From contig OZ316776.1 in assembly GCA_973851085.1 (NCBI GenBank), forward strand, positions 248,001 to 312,000: DNA of 64,000 nt, given 5' to 3'. Shown here in pieces: positions 1-13,786 of the stretch. Position numbers and translations under genes: made by a program. Under the pieces are notes generated by a model that was not told where the DNA came from, did no database searches, and saw nothing but the letters and a program-made list of their open reading frames with translations. Positions within the stretch are counted from its first letter, which is position 1; every line of letters starts with the position of its first letter. Source of the DNA: Ptychomitrium polyphyllum (Eukaryota).

Positions 1-1511
1 TTTTTTCAATCCATTCTAAGATTCATTGAAGTTGAAAGCATTCTATTCTCTAAACCATCATTTAACTCTTGCAACTAATATTGTTATTTGAGAAGCATGG
101 TGTTTTGAAAAATTCTACATTTCAAATCCAAGCTTGATTTATAACCCAATTTATTATTATGCTATAAATGTGTATGGTGTATAATAAATTTGAAACTACA
201 TTTTGCTTTTGCCCTCCAAAAAAAACTTTCTACATATTTTGATGTACAACACATGCTACATTAATATAGTTAAAGTAAAATGAATTTCAAAAGTTCCAGT
301 GATTTATAAAGAACTTCATATTATATATTTTTTCAATCCATTAAGGACTAAGGTACTTAATAAAGGCTATTAAAGCATGTTTTTCATTTTTACTCAAAGA
401 TAAAAATCAAAATAGCTAATAATATATCTATTCTATATTCTAGATATGAAAATGAAATAAAGAAATGTAATGGTATTTTTTTTGTTGCAAATTATATTAC
501 ACTTTTTATAACATATGTTTAGTAATATTTTGAAGCTAAAATCAATTTTCTATAAACATTTTTTTTATTTAGATAATTTTTTATTTTTTTAAGTGCCAAA
601 TACATCAAAAAAAAATTATATATATCAAAGATTCTAAATTCATTGTTTAAAGTGTATATTATAGTAAGAAACTTCCACAAGAAAATTTTATTGGAATAAC
701 TTTTATATAGATCTTATGGTCTATCGATTGAAAGTTTTTTTTAATCATAATTATTTTTATTATTGAAAGACTATTTTCTTATATTGTATGTATTTAGATA
801 GAAGAATGTCAAAAAAATAACTTGAATGCATGTTTCTATGAGTAATTTAAGTTTATATTAAGTTTTTGAAAATTAAGTAACAATAAAAAATTTGATCATA
901 TCAATTTTTTTTATTTTTTTAGTAAATCAAAACACAATTTGTAATGCAAAAAGATGTACAAAACATTTATATATAATACATAATGAAATTATTAACAATG
1001 TAGAATTTAAAAGCAAGACAAGCACATTTTGTTTCATAATTTTTAAAGAAATGCGTATATTTTGCTATATAAAATGAAATTTGTGAACATTCCACAATAT
1101 AATTAATAATCTTTGGATTTTTTCAACCAATAATTCAAAATATGTGAATATTAGTATAATGTAAACAATGTTCTAATCAAAATGTGTAACTTTGTCTACT
1201 CAATTGCTATTCCTTAAAAAATAATACTTTAAAAATTTAATCCATCATATTTCAAGCCTCTTTGTCCATCCCACAAATGTGGAACCTTCAATGACATATT
1301 TTTCTAAATGTTCATATAATTTTATTTGAATAAGTGTTAATTACATAGTTTTAAAATAGTATTCATAGTTATCAATGTAGAATAATCTTGAGCTATTAAT
1401 TATGTTACATTTATAAAGAAGTTGTTGATTGAGCATAGTACATTTGAGTATTTTTTTTAAATCATGTATTGTGCTAATAAATTAGATGCTAAAATTTTAG
1501 TATTTAAGGCA

Positions 1512-1979
1512 TTATTTAAAATACAATTGAAGCATATTATTTAATTGAATAATTTTAAAAATAAAAACATAATGATTTAAATACTTAAAACTTACAATAT
1601 CACACAATTGTGTTTGATGCTTGAGTTCCATTTGACCAAATTTTTGGAGATATAAACTAATCATGTGATAAATTCCAATACTAGCAATAAAGCCTACACT
1701 GACAATAGGTAATGTTTGGAAATTAGCAACAATTAAACAATACATTATTAACAAACATAGGAGCAGTGGCCAATTAGAAATTGAAGGAAATTTGAAATTT
1801 CTTTTAATGCCATGTTTTAGAGAACTTTTAAAGTCATTAGTACTTGATTCACCAGGGCAATTACGAATGTGCTCTTGATAAACCATTGCACCACAAGCAA
1901 AACAAATTACAGCCATACTTCCCCATTTTGAACAAATTGTATTTAAGTTGTCCATATTGATGGTTGATGTAATATGCAA
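1512..1979 (-). mobile_element. Degenerate Helitron Rep/helicase N-terminal (Zn-finger-like) remnant in AT-rich DNA
   Basis: ORF contains GSMAVICFACGA...E...FKSSLKHG...FPSISNWPLLLCLL, resembling the Helitron RepHel pattern GxMxxxCxxCGA..E...F.CC..G...P....P..L..L. Flanking DNA is too decayed to show Rep or helicase motifs. Confidence 0.4.
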
Positions 1980-2531
1980 TCATCATTTTAGGGTTGCAAA
2001 CTTGAATATTTAAATTTATGTAACAATTTGTAATTTTGATTGACCAAATTGCATTTCGATATATATAAAACATAATGAATATTTATCCCAAAATTCAATA
2101 AATAGATTAATACTTGTCGATAGTTCATATCTTTCACTTTTATATTTAATTTTATGTTTTAAAAAATAATTATTGTATTATGGTGCATGTTTTTTGAAAA
2201 ATGCAGTCTCTCATAAGATTCGTATCTCACAACATTGTAGAAAATTGAACAAAATTTTATGCTTTTAACAATCATAATTTTACTTTTATGATATTTTAGA
2301 AAAAAGCATTAAAAAGTGAACTAAGGTATATATAGAGAGAGTTTCGTTTTTATAATCTAAAAGTCAGTATTTGCATAGTTTCCTCACAAAACATGTATCG
2401 TAGTAATGCTTTCATAAATCAAGCATTTGTATGACGCTTCACAGTGTTATGTCCTTTAAAATCATTAGGACCGTTCAACTATAGCAGGAGACACGTAGAA
2501 CAAAGAGCAGTGAAGAATACTGGAAAGAGAG

Positions 2532-2595
2532 AATGGATGGAAACATGGATGGATGGATGGATGAATGCATCGATACTTGGATGGATGGATGGGAG
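2532..2595 (+). repeat. Imperfect (GGAT)n microsatellite
   Basis: Interrupted runs of atggatggatgg. Confidence 0.8.
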
Positions 2596-2961
2596 GACGA
2601 TCCATATTGTCGGCCGAGCCCCACGAAAGATAAATAGTTTCCTTCACTTTTCTGTATTTTACCTTACCGACATGCATACTCAGCCTTGGTTTAGGTGCGC
2701 TTTTTTATGTGAGAAGGCTGAGATATGTCAATCTGATAGCTCGATCGGTATCAGGATAGAATGGCAGCGTTTTAAAAGTGAATAGCAAATGGTTTTAGTC
2801 GGAGCCTCTCTCTTGAAGGATTCCTAGCACGAGCTGCAACTGATGGTGATTATTTGACAAGCCGACCGAATTACTTCTCTCTTCCCTCGTTTGATTGGAT
2901 CTTCGGAAGTATACGAGGATAATTGTATTCTAATGATGGGTATCTGGACTTATGTCTGCAG

Positions 2962-4450
2962 GTTATTACACCATTTGATGTGTATTTGAATTTTAAGTTG
3001 ATCATAGAAGACTATGAAGTCTGGAGACTTATTACCAATTTCTTTTTAGTTCGGCAAACGTGGTAGTTTCCTACATCCATACGTTATTGCAATTGTGTTC
3101 CTGCACAATGATTTCGTTGGTGGTCCTGTATCCACATGGAGGCTTCTGCTTTCAGGTATATCATACATACGTCAATGTTCTTTGTAAGCTAACGTTACGT
3201 TGTACAGCTTCTTAGGGTGTTGTCTCGGTGTTGCAGATTTGGACTTTCTTTTCCGTATGATCTTTTTGGCGAGGTCCTGTAAACTTTTGGAGGAAACATC
3301 ATTTCATGACCGCACAGCAGATTTCTTCTTGCTCTTGTTTGGTGGAACCATCCTCACCATCACTGTAGTTGGTGGTGGCCTGCTCATGTTTGCTGCTCCG
3401 TTTGCGGACATTCTCTTTCTGTGCAACTCTCTTACCTTCATGATGGTAAATGCTTACAACCTACGAATGATCATTCCTGGATCTTTTTGCTAATTCTCTC
3501 TATTCAGAGCAGATGTTTTAGTGGTGCTGCTCAGCATTGAACAAAATTGATATTTGATTTAAATTTGGATTTTATTCTAAGCAAAGGCTGCGCTATTATA
3601 TCTGGTCTACAACTGACATACAATGTTCACAATATTGCTGGCTCCACAGGTGTATGTTTGGAATAAGCGTAATCTTCATGTGCAAATGAGTTTTCTTGGT
3701 CTTTTCAACTTCACGGCTCCTTACCTACCCTGGGTAAGCATTTGTTTTAGGGCTGTCAAGATTACCAGTTCGCTGTCTCGACTTACTAGCATCTGATGTT
3801 TATCATGCACTGTTAAGATAAAGGAAATCAGAAAGCAGCACATTGAAACTCTAAATGTGTGATACGTTTAGTGCAGAATTCAGTTCGTGGTGATGCCTCT
3901 CCTAATTTCAGCTTGTGGTTTTTATCTCTTTAACATTCTGTTTGTTGAAGGCTCTGGTACCATCAGCAGGTTTTTTTGGGTTTTCAATCATGGTTTGAAG
4001 CAGCCCATGGGTAGACCTCTTAGTAGGTGCTCATACTTCATTGCTTCTACAAGTTACTGCCTAAATTGAGTGGCTGAATACGTTACCTCATGTTGAAGAT
4101 TTTTGCAGAAATTAAGACAATTATGATAAACAAAGTTCTTTAGTCCTAGTGACCTATACAGTGTAATTTTATCTGTTAAACCAGACGGTCACAATGGCAC
4201 TTCTTGTTAGTTTATTCGTGATTAAATTTCCGTCATGAATAGGTTGTAACAATATTGATTTTGACTCACAGATTAGTATGATTCTGAGACTTACTGTTGA
4301 TCACTTCAGAGCTGGCCTCAGGACACGCTTATTATTTTTTGAAAGATGATTACTCTGTAATGATAGGGCCTCGTGTATTGAAGATCCATGCCATTATCGA
4401 AGCGTTCGTTCCTGAATATACAGTTTTGGTAGCAAGGCCTGCCCCAGTGA
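2962..4450 (+). pseudogene. DER2: Derlin-2 (DER1-like ERAD membrane protein) pseudogene; exons ~2962-3062, 3237-3445, 3650-3733, 3970-~4023, ~4310-4450
   Basis: Exons translate to VITPFDVYLNFKLIIEDYEVWRLITNFF / DLDFLFRMIFLARSCKLLEETSF..TADF..LLFGG..FLCNSLTFMM / VYVWNKRN...[15 protein letters not shown] / ..FSIMV*SSPWVDLL / GHAYYFL. Lesions: +1 frameshift with TAG near 3046-3049; -1 frameshift and TGA in the 3970 exon; first coding exon not found. Confidence 0.85.
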
Positions 4451-7400
4451 CATGGGAGCAGCTCCGGCGGCATCTCACAGAGACTAGACTCACCTACCAA
4501 CTGATTCTCTATTTTATGCAACAGTTCACATGTTGTGCATATGACTGCTGCATTCTGAGAATCATTGAGGCAACCCAGAGTTGATGCCCTCTTTTCAATT
4601 AAAAGTGCAAACTAGTTTCTCGTTCCTATATTATTCCATTTCCCACTGAGGTGAAGACCCATTAGTGCGAAGCATGTGCGGTTTGGAATACATGCATTTG
4701 ACGTGGCTCTGCATATCACAGTTCTTCCTTCCAAATTCATGCTTTTTTCCTGTAATGGAGCTGTACTTACTTGAAATTCCTGCAAAGATTTCTTTTTTAC
4801 ATCCTTTATTCATGTGCAACAATTCAATCCTCTTTTGGAAGTTGAGAATGTCAGAAAGCATAGAATAAGTTCAACCCTTCAAATTTTGGGTTAGTAGCTA
4901 GAATAGATTGTATATGTTGAATGGAGATTTGCTCCAAGTAATCTCCTGTTTGCCATACATGCTTCTTCATAAAAGCTGTTCTGCATACATTGTAAGGTGA
5001 TGGATGATTGACTCAATACCAGAATGATGTGCTTCAGCTCTTCATAAAATTCTTTAGCAATTCAGTTGGATCACACTTGTCCAACACATCCACACATCCA
5101 CAACAACATCTACTCCCATAACAATGATTTTAAAGTAGTTGAACATGGTTACCCCTATTAAAATATAAATACTTGTAATTGGATCATATCTACAAGAGAA
5201 AAACAACTTCAATATATTTTGAAATGTATCATTTGGACAATATAAGAAAAATTATGAATGTTCAAAATTGAGAATTCTAAAAGCTTAGTCTTCTTTGTTC
5301 CAAGTGACTTACAAGTTTATAAAAGAATATTATGTTGCCTTAACACTAGCTACAAACACATGAAGGATGTTACTATTATATAAGTACAAATCATCTTTGA
5401 TGTAGCTTGGCACTCAACATTTCATTGAGAAAACATCATTGATGCATAAAATTTAAGAGTGTAGCTTCATTAGAATGGGGTCGTTTTTCCATCTATTTAG
5501 AAATATAAGATTTTTGCATATTTTTTTATTAACAATTGGATGTTTTATAAGTAATAAAAAATATTTTTTTCATTTAAGTAGAAATAAGTCAATTTAAAAA
5601 ATAAGTCAAAACTCAAATATATGTGTATTATATAGTGTATGATATGTATAACTTTGGCTAAAATATTTTTGAAAATTCCAGATTTTTCAATGAAATATAG
5701 AATATGAAACGTAGAGAAACACCTCTACTTTAATGAAGTTATGACTTTGTCATGAGCAAAATGATAATGATTTTCAAGATCTAAAGATGTTCAAAACTTA
5801 AAGCTGTAATTCCATCAAATTGGGGACATTATTCTATAAATCTTGTATTCCAAATTTTACTAAAAAGCCCAAATTTATTAAAAACCTCATATCTAATTCC
5901 ATATGGTTTTAATGGCAATTTAAATTACAAAAACCAATATGTGTTATTATTAAGGCCTTGATATTTGATTTCCATTCTAAATTCTTGAAGGTCTTCTAAG
6001 AAGAATGGTTGTGACCTAACATCCAAAACAATACACACTACTAATTGGTTGAAATTCGAATCAAGCTTCACTCTAATCTTCTACTTCAAAACTTGTACTT
6101 AAAAATATTATTTATTCAACAATTAAGTGTTAATTCTAAAAGGACCAATCATGTATTTTTGAATTATTTCATTCATCTACTGTGTATTACTTTGCTTATT
6201 GGAGAACTTATCATCAAAAATTTTGAATCATAAATATATAAATATGCTCTAAACTGATATTCATTTAGGAAATTTTTTCTTTAATTTCAATAAGGTAGGA
6301 CATTCAACAATTTAACTTTATAGCTCATAAGGATGGTTATAAATATAGATAAAATTATTGTTAAATCTTATATACAAGGAAAAAAAATAAAATTTAAACA
6401 TTGTATTTTAAAATGCATAGATAGGCCAATTTGATACTATCATGTATAGAATTTACATGTTGTACATCCTTGTAATTATATCTACTTACTTTTTTAAAAA
6501 AATCCAAGATTTTATCCAATTGTAATAATAAAGTGTTATATTTTTACTTCATATTATACTAGAGTTGTAGCTAAAGGTTATAATTGATGGTTACAAGTTG
6601 TGGCTTCTAAGAATTCATGTGTTTACAAGCTTTATTTGGATAAATGTGCAACTTGATTATATTACTTGATTTACATTTAGGCACTATTTTTTTCTTTCAA
6701 TCTAATATTTTTGCAAGTTTGGTCATACATCACATTCTTTAGTAATTGAAGCAATTCACTTTAATTTTCAAAAATAAAAATTAGTAATAAATTATAATGA
6801 AGACATGTGGTAGTAAATGCATGAAGGGTATAAATGCATGAATGTATGACTTAGGACACAAAATCCCTTAATCTTTAGTAGAACACATTACTCAAAAAAA
6901 ATATTATAAAACATGGACTAAATGCAAATTTTTGCTAGAGTCGATGCATCACATAAATGACCCCTTTTGAATTAGCAAGAACTTTGTAGATGTAAAAATC
7001 AAAAATTTGAAACTCCACTTTTGATGTTCTACATTTTCTTGGAATAACTTTTTGAAGATTGGATTCTCCAACCCAATTTAGAAGAGGACTCTCCTCCCTT
7101 GGGTTACAAATCAATGTTGTGCAAGATAAGGTGCTCTGCGTGGGCCCACCTGATAATTTGTTTTGGTCTTTTAGTGCCTTACAGTTTTGAAGGGGATCTA
7201 TGCAAAATGCTTGCAGAGGCCTCCAAAATTTTGAATACGCTGATCTCAGTGATAATTGAATGGAGTAGCGTCCAGATTTGGGTCACCTAAAAATCTTTGG
7301 AGCCAATAGCAATCTGCCGGCGACATGGATAATGTCTGAAGATGGACATCTCCGACATGTGGCAATACACGCACTAGACAGGCTACATTGAATGGCCATC

Positions 7401-8784
7401 AGCAGATGAGGAAAAGGAAGAAAACAGAAAATCATTTTCGGCCTTCCATTCAGTGCAGTCGAGGCTCCTCATATTGACTCGGCCCGCCGGCTCGGTCACC
7501 CCCAATGAACAATGACGAGATGCTTTCTTTTTCATTTATTCCACACAACGTACTTATTCTTTTCCCATGCCTTTTATATTTAAGCACTCTATCTAATTCA
7601 TTTCGACTCTGAAAGTGAAATACTTAGAGGAAGAGTAGCTACACTGTCTCCCTATAATATTCCGAACTTAATAATTATGTGCATAACCAGCAAGTGAGAC
7701 AAAGAAATCTCAACAACACGAACTCTTGTGTTCATTGACTGGGTAAGTAATCGTGTTGTAGAACCAAAGCCAGCAAGATATCCAACAGAAAGCATTTAGA
7801 AATTTGGGCGAATTCATCCCCTCGAAACTCCCCGATTTTCAACTAAGATGTCCAAATGGCCCTAGACACAACAATATTCAAACTAGTAGTACATACAACA
7901 ACATTCAAACAAGTAGTACATATTACCGAGACTGAATTTGTGATGCTGTGCGGATATCATGCTTCTATAGTCTCTTCATTGCATTGTAAAATACTAAGTT
8001 GCCATTCCCAAGCCAGGCTGCTGTCGAAAGAGTACAGACGTCTCGCAGCCAATGCTCAAACTACGAAGCTTACAGATCAAACCAGACAAAGTCAAGACCA
8101 AGCTGCCCACCGCGTGTAAGTAACAATTCAAGTAACTAGTAATATAGCCAACCTTTGAATCAGCTTGATTGCATGTTCACTTGGATAAAGGAACAGAAAT
8201 TTCCTTGACACTTACAACTTCGAATAAGACTTTGTGGACAGATTCCTGTCCATCAATATAGAGTGTTTCTAAGTAGCACAAACCTCAAGAGTAAGGAAAA
8301 TGAGAAGCACACTGAGCAAGAACAAATAAGAACCCCACAATATGGTCCGAGAACAAGCCCAGCTAGAGAAGGAGTCCTGAGGGGAGCGGAGTGTCCAAGG
8401 AGAGCAAAAATCCCCTAATTTCGACCAAAAATTAAATACACACCCATGAAGATTAAGTTAATAGATGGCAACCTTACGAGTCCCAGCTCAACCTATCATC
8501 AACCCCATCCATATATATTGCATCTTAGTTCCAGAATTTCTGATGGAACTAGGAGCACTATGTCTTTGAAAGCATTTCCCAGATATGGGAGAGGCGAAAC
8601 AACGTCAGCAGCCTTAAAAACCTTCTGTACGTAAAGAAACGAGGCAGCTACTGCACTACCAGACTTCCCATGTAGGCAAGCACCCACAACACTTCAATGG
8701 GCATCAACAAAGCAAAAAAAAATTAAAAAAATACAATCAATGGATGAGGAGGGATGTTCGAAGTGCATGGCAAACACGTGGGAG

Positions 8785-11484
8785 CTATCCAGCTGCAAGA
8801 ACAGGACCTCCACTAGCTGCTACCATGCTTGCCATATTCTTCGGCTCGTCCACTTCCCTCTGTTGGCTTCCCATCTGTACATCCTGTACAAGATTTAACG
8901 CACAACAGTCACAAGAAGGAATATCCAACAATTGACTAACTGTTCTCTACTGTAAATGCTCTCATAACAGAATGAAATCTAAGTCTACTCAACAAACGAT
9001 CCTGCTTTTAGTCCACTTTGTATTGATTTTCTTTCACAAGTTTGTAGATATGCTTGAGTAACAATGTACACAAATAACAAAGGGAAGAGCGTAGAGGACT
9101 TACCACCACTTGACGAGCATTCTCTACACTATGCTGCAAGCCCGCTATCTGGTGCTGCTGTTGCTGCAGAATGATCTGTGCCCTCCAGAAACCACCAGAC
9201 CAACCTCTCAGATCAGCCATTCCGACAACACAAATAAAAGGACATACACAGCAAGAAAGATGCGCACAGGAAACCAAAAAGGCAGGAACACACAACCAGG
9301 CATTTTCAATGTTAGAGAAATGTACCTAAAATTACTGAGCATAGACATGTAAGCACACACACATACAAAGCACGAATCAAATTGATAACGAGAACTTTCA
9401 GTAAAACTTTTACAACTGGTATAGATACGATAAATAAAACTTCGTTTCGTTATTTCCTTGCACTACAATAAGAAATGCTTACTTGCTGTGGATGGAGCAT
9501 GAGTTGTTGCTGCCCTCCAGCGGCAATCGGGAGGTTCTTAGACAGATCCCTCAATACACCCTGTCAACGTTAGACCCAAAGATCCGTCAACACTTTCCAC
9601 GTATACTGACTCATTCACTTAAAATGACGCTTTCTACCTCCTGCATACATAGGGAATATAATCTAAACTTCTGAAATCAGCGACTAACCTTGTTGGCCCA
9701 CATTAGGCCACAGGCATTGCACAGTGTGCGAGGCCCAGCAGGGCCTCGCCGCATCATTGGAGTGGACCGCTCCCCAATTCCACAATGTACACATCTGGCA
9801 ATCACGAAACAAGCAAATGAACAAAAAAGCTCCTAACCACTCGACCCATGAAGCACCATATTGCTACATAGTGAACTGCAACCAAAGTTAAAAACCTTCA
9901 AATAGCACAGAACGAAAGCACGTAAAGCATCAAGAGCCAGAAGAAGCACGTACGTTACTTCTGGCTGAACTCCTCCTGGTCCTAAAGGCTGTCCGGGAGC
10001 TTGAGTACCATCCCAATTAGCAACAACTGCACCCTCTTCCTGAGTTGGCCTCGAAGATGCAAACTGACCTTTCTTGCGCTGCATCCTGAAAATAGTCTTA
10101 AAGTTGACATCATCAGAAACATATCAACTAAATAAAAGGTGTAGCACCTGACCAAAATAGAATACCGCAAATCACCAACTGTAATCAGGAAAAACAGGTT
10201 CAACAATTTGATTGCCCGTGCAAAAGACTAGCCAAGTTCTAATTTTCGATCAATTGAAAAGCAAGACATGCCTAAAATAAGAGAAAAAACAAAATTGGTG
10301 CAAAAGCATCATAGATCACCACAAAGGCCTACCTTTGGGCAACCTCTTTCCGAACAGTATAGCGAATCCTCTTATCATAACACCGTTCTTTGCGCTTCTC
10401 CCGAAATCTTGTCAAAGATGCCAGCCGTTGTGGCATGTTCATCCGAGCCGGTAGCTCTGTCATTCCCTGCAACGCTCAAGTCCCACGACTCTTTCTTACA
10501 ATACAAAAGTAGAAGCGACAATCTAAAGTAAGCAATAAAATGTATACACTTTTACTAAAACAATACGAGCAATGTTCAAAGGCAATGTAGCTTCTGTCTG
10601 AATACTATCATGCACCAGAATTACCAATACAAGGCAAACCCTCGTATTCATGAAGGACACATCTGGTGGAACGTGAACAATGACAATAACACCTACCTTG
10701 TGATGATGATGGTTCGACACATTGGCACCAGACATGCCTGGAGGTATCTCGCGGCCACCCAATAAAAGCAGCACGGCCTGAACCTGTTATGCGTATGCAA
10801 GCCAAACTAGTAAGGCTCTCGCATCACTTTTTAAGAAAGCTAAGCAAAGCAAATTCCAAGGACCAGCACGCACTGCCAAAAAATATAAGCGTCATAGTCC
10901 TAGTACGAAACACTCTGTACAATTATCCATAATTTACTAGAGACAAAATTATATAACATGAATTTGAGCTATACATAAGCAAATGTAGATCACAGAGACA
11001 ACGCATGATGATTTACCTTCTCAGGAGGCACGGTATCAAACACGTATACTTCACCTTGATAAGATAAGGTGAGCTGTGTGGAGCCTTGGGTGCGTACAGC
11101 CAAGGCAGCAGGTTGATCACCCGGGTTGCCACCGCCATCAGAATGCATGTCAGCTTCATCTAGACCTTCCTCGTCTCCGGCATCATCGTCATGCTCTTCT
11201 CCCGCTCCGTTCTCCTCACTATTATGCATCCCATGCCCGTGATGAACATGATGCCCATGAACATGATCCCCCTCAAGATGACCCTGCACCCGTTGATCTA
11301 CCCTAGCCTGCCCATCTGCTTCGCCATGGCCATGCACGTGCATCTCGTGCATGCCATGTTGTGCATGACCTAATCCATGATTCAAACTGTGCGGATGAAG
11401 GTTGTGATGTAGTTGAAGCGATTGGGCATGCACGAGGTGATCTGCGTCGGACATCCCTCCTACATCTACTTCTTCAGAGCGCAT
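8785..11484 (-). CDS. ZML: ZIM-like (ZML) TIFY-CCT-GATA transcription factor, ~391 aa; exons 11017-11484, 10697-10783, 10333-10466, 9954-10085, 9689-9794, 9483-9560, 9104-9175, 8785-8883
   Basis: TIFY region [33 protein letters not shown] domain [41 protein letters not shown]-x2-C-x20-C-x2-C GATA finger [36 protein letters not shown]. All introns GT-AG and exon phases close (1176 nt). Confidence 0.95.
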
Positions 11485-13370
11485 TCTATCTCGATGCGTA
11501 CTTTCAATGATTGGAGCAACTCCTATTCTAACAGCGAATATCCTATAGCTATCGTCAGTGATTCACGAGATGCAGCACCATGCGATGACCAGAAGTCAAT
11601 ATAACGAGATACCCAGTACCATCAGGCATACCCTCTTTTCCATGTATCATCTCCTTATTGAAAACACACTGACCAGCACCCTTGACTCGGAATTGTACCT
11701 CCACCTGGAACACAATGCAAGAATCCGAAACCCACTATCAATTTAAGTAATAAATGAACGTAAGTTCTGTCAAGCAAAAAACAGATTCTTCACTTGCAAC
11801 AAAAGTTAAAATTATGTTCTCTTCCTCAGAAACTAAGACCTAAATCAGCAACCCAGGACGAAATAAAACACCGAACTTTTGCAAAAGGACAAGGGGGCAC
11901 TGCATCGACGTAAGAGACACAGCAAGCTCCAGAAATCAAAGAGTATTGCCCTTGCGCGGATGCCGTCGAAAAGACTCAAATACTAACAAGACGATCCACA
12001 CTTCCTGATTGCAGCACGGAAGTGACAAGCTTGTTCTTCGCTGGAAAAGCTCAACAAGAATTGCAAATCCTCCATACGTTTAAAGCAGTCCGAGCACTCT
12101 CGAGCAATATTCCAAACCGGGCATCCACTACTGAGTCCGGGTCAACGAACACCAATCAAACCCCCGCAATTAAACTCGATGCAACTCTGATCAGAGAGAT
12201 CCTAAAAGAGGAAGTTACACGGCATGGAAATAATCAACACCTACGACACTACATGAACGGATGCACGATACCTACAGGTCTCACTACGAGACAGCCGCAA
12301 CATTGAAAAAGAGCGCCAAAACAACACCAATCTTCACTCAACCCTAAACTGCAGTTGGGATAAACCATGCTCCCGGTACGGTTATCACAACATCAACTCT
12401 CTCAGGAACCTACGACAACGGCCTAAAAATAAACCTGCCGTTATAACATCCCTGCCTGTTTCCCGCGTAAAAAAAGCTTCCTCATCGTCGCTGAAGTTCA
12501 CGACAAGTACCACTGCAACATTCCTATCCAGTTTCCGACCGAGGGCTAAATCTCGCTCTCTACACCTCACGATCACCAATCGCGTACAAGACTCCAAATT
12601 TCAAGAGCACAGAAAATCTTGCAACCTAATTGGCCTTCGCCTGTAGAGAGTAACCATCGATCTGATCCCCTCGAGTAAACGTCAACGACTGTCACCATAC
12701 GAGGTAAATGCACCATACGAAGCTTGCCCTGAACCCCACACCATCCAAGGGTTGAAGAAGATTTTGTTTTTTTAAGTACTTTATAAAAATAAAAAAAGGG
12801 AAAAAGAGACAAGAGCTTTCGATCAAACGCACGAACTAATGATCACACAAACACTCCTCCCCCACGCTCAAACACCGAAGCATCATTCAGAATCCTCAGC
12901 ACTCACGACCCTGTCTCAAATTCCACGATAAACCTCCATGTACAGTCGATGCTGAACTGTGTGTCCGCAGCCAATCACCCGCAAACTCACGGACAAGGGA
13001 AAAAGGTCCACGGCAAGTCTGCACAAGCACCATCGCGCCCACCCACCAAAAACCCACCTTACCCCGAAAAGACTCCACAAGTCACTCCAAAAAAATGAAA
13101 ACATCCTTTTCCGAAGTTCACACCGAGCGAGTATTTTCCTCGGGACGGGAACCAACTAACCTCAACGCTGCGTCGCCATAGCCGGTGCCGACACGCCCTC
13201 TGCGCCCTCGCTGAGGTACCGGAAACGCACAAACCATGTCCAAAACGAGGCCAGAATGCGTGGGGGTGGGGGGGGGGGGGGGGGGGCGCGCAATGGAGCG
13301 GAACCCACCTCGCCCTACACCATGTTCGGCGTGGAAAACGTCGTGCGAGGTCGTGCGAGAGCGAACTGGC
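11485..13370 (-). promoter_or_regulatory. Probable 5' UTR of the ZIM-like gene with a ~1.45-kb leader intron (acceptor at 11705, candidate donor at 13160)
   Basis: On the minus strand: TTCCAG|GTGG acceptor at 11704/11705 and AG|GTTAGT donor near 13160 next to a GC-rich segment. Other donor-like sites near 12906 and 13062. Confidence 0.5.
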
Positions 13371-13439
13371 GCGCGCACGGATTATGCATCGATGGGGGGG
13401 GTGGGGTGGCGAAAGGAACGCAACGACAAGGGGCCCCCG

Positions 13440-13590
13440 TTCCTTCCTTCCTTCCTTCCTTCCTGGCTTGGGCTTGGGCTTGGGCTTGTGTTCGTGTTTG
13501 TGCTTGTGTGTCTGTGTGTGTGTGTTTGTGCTTGTGTTTGTGTTTGTGTTTGTGTTAGTGTTAGTGTTTGTGCTTGTGTTTGTGTTTGGT
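13440..13590 (+). repeat. Compound microsatellite (TTCC)n-(GGGCTT)n-(GT)n-(GTTTGT)n
   Basis: Directly visible tandem units. Confidence 0.9.
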
Positions 13591-13690
13591 TTCTCGCCCC
13601 CATGCTTTCCACTCCTGCCTCACCCCATCCCCCCCGCCTTTCCCCTTTCCTTTTGCGTTTACTTTCTGTGCCAAGTTTGGGTCCGCCTTT

Positions 13691-13786
13691 GGGTTTGGGT
13701 GTGGGTTTGGGTGTGGGTTTGGGTGTGGGTTTGGGTGTGGGTTTGGGTGTGGGTTTGGGTGTGGGTTTGGGTGTGGGTTTGGGTGT
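13691..13786 (+). repeat. Perfect 12-bp minisatellite (GGGTTTGGGTGT)x8
   Basis: Eight exact units from 13691. Confidence 0.95.

Noticed and set aside
13691..13786. Interstitial telomere repeat
   Set aside because: The unit is GGGTTTGGGTGT, not the plant TTTAGGG.
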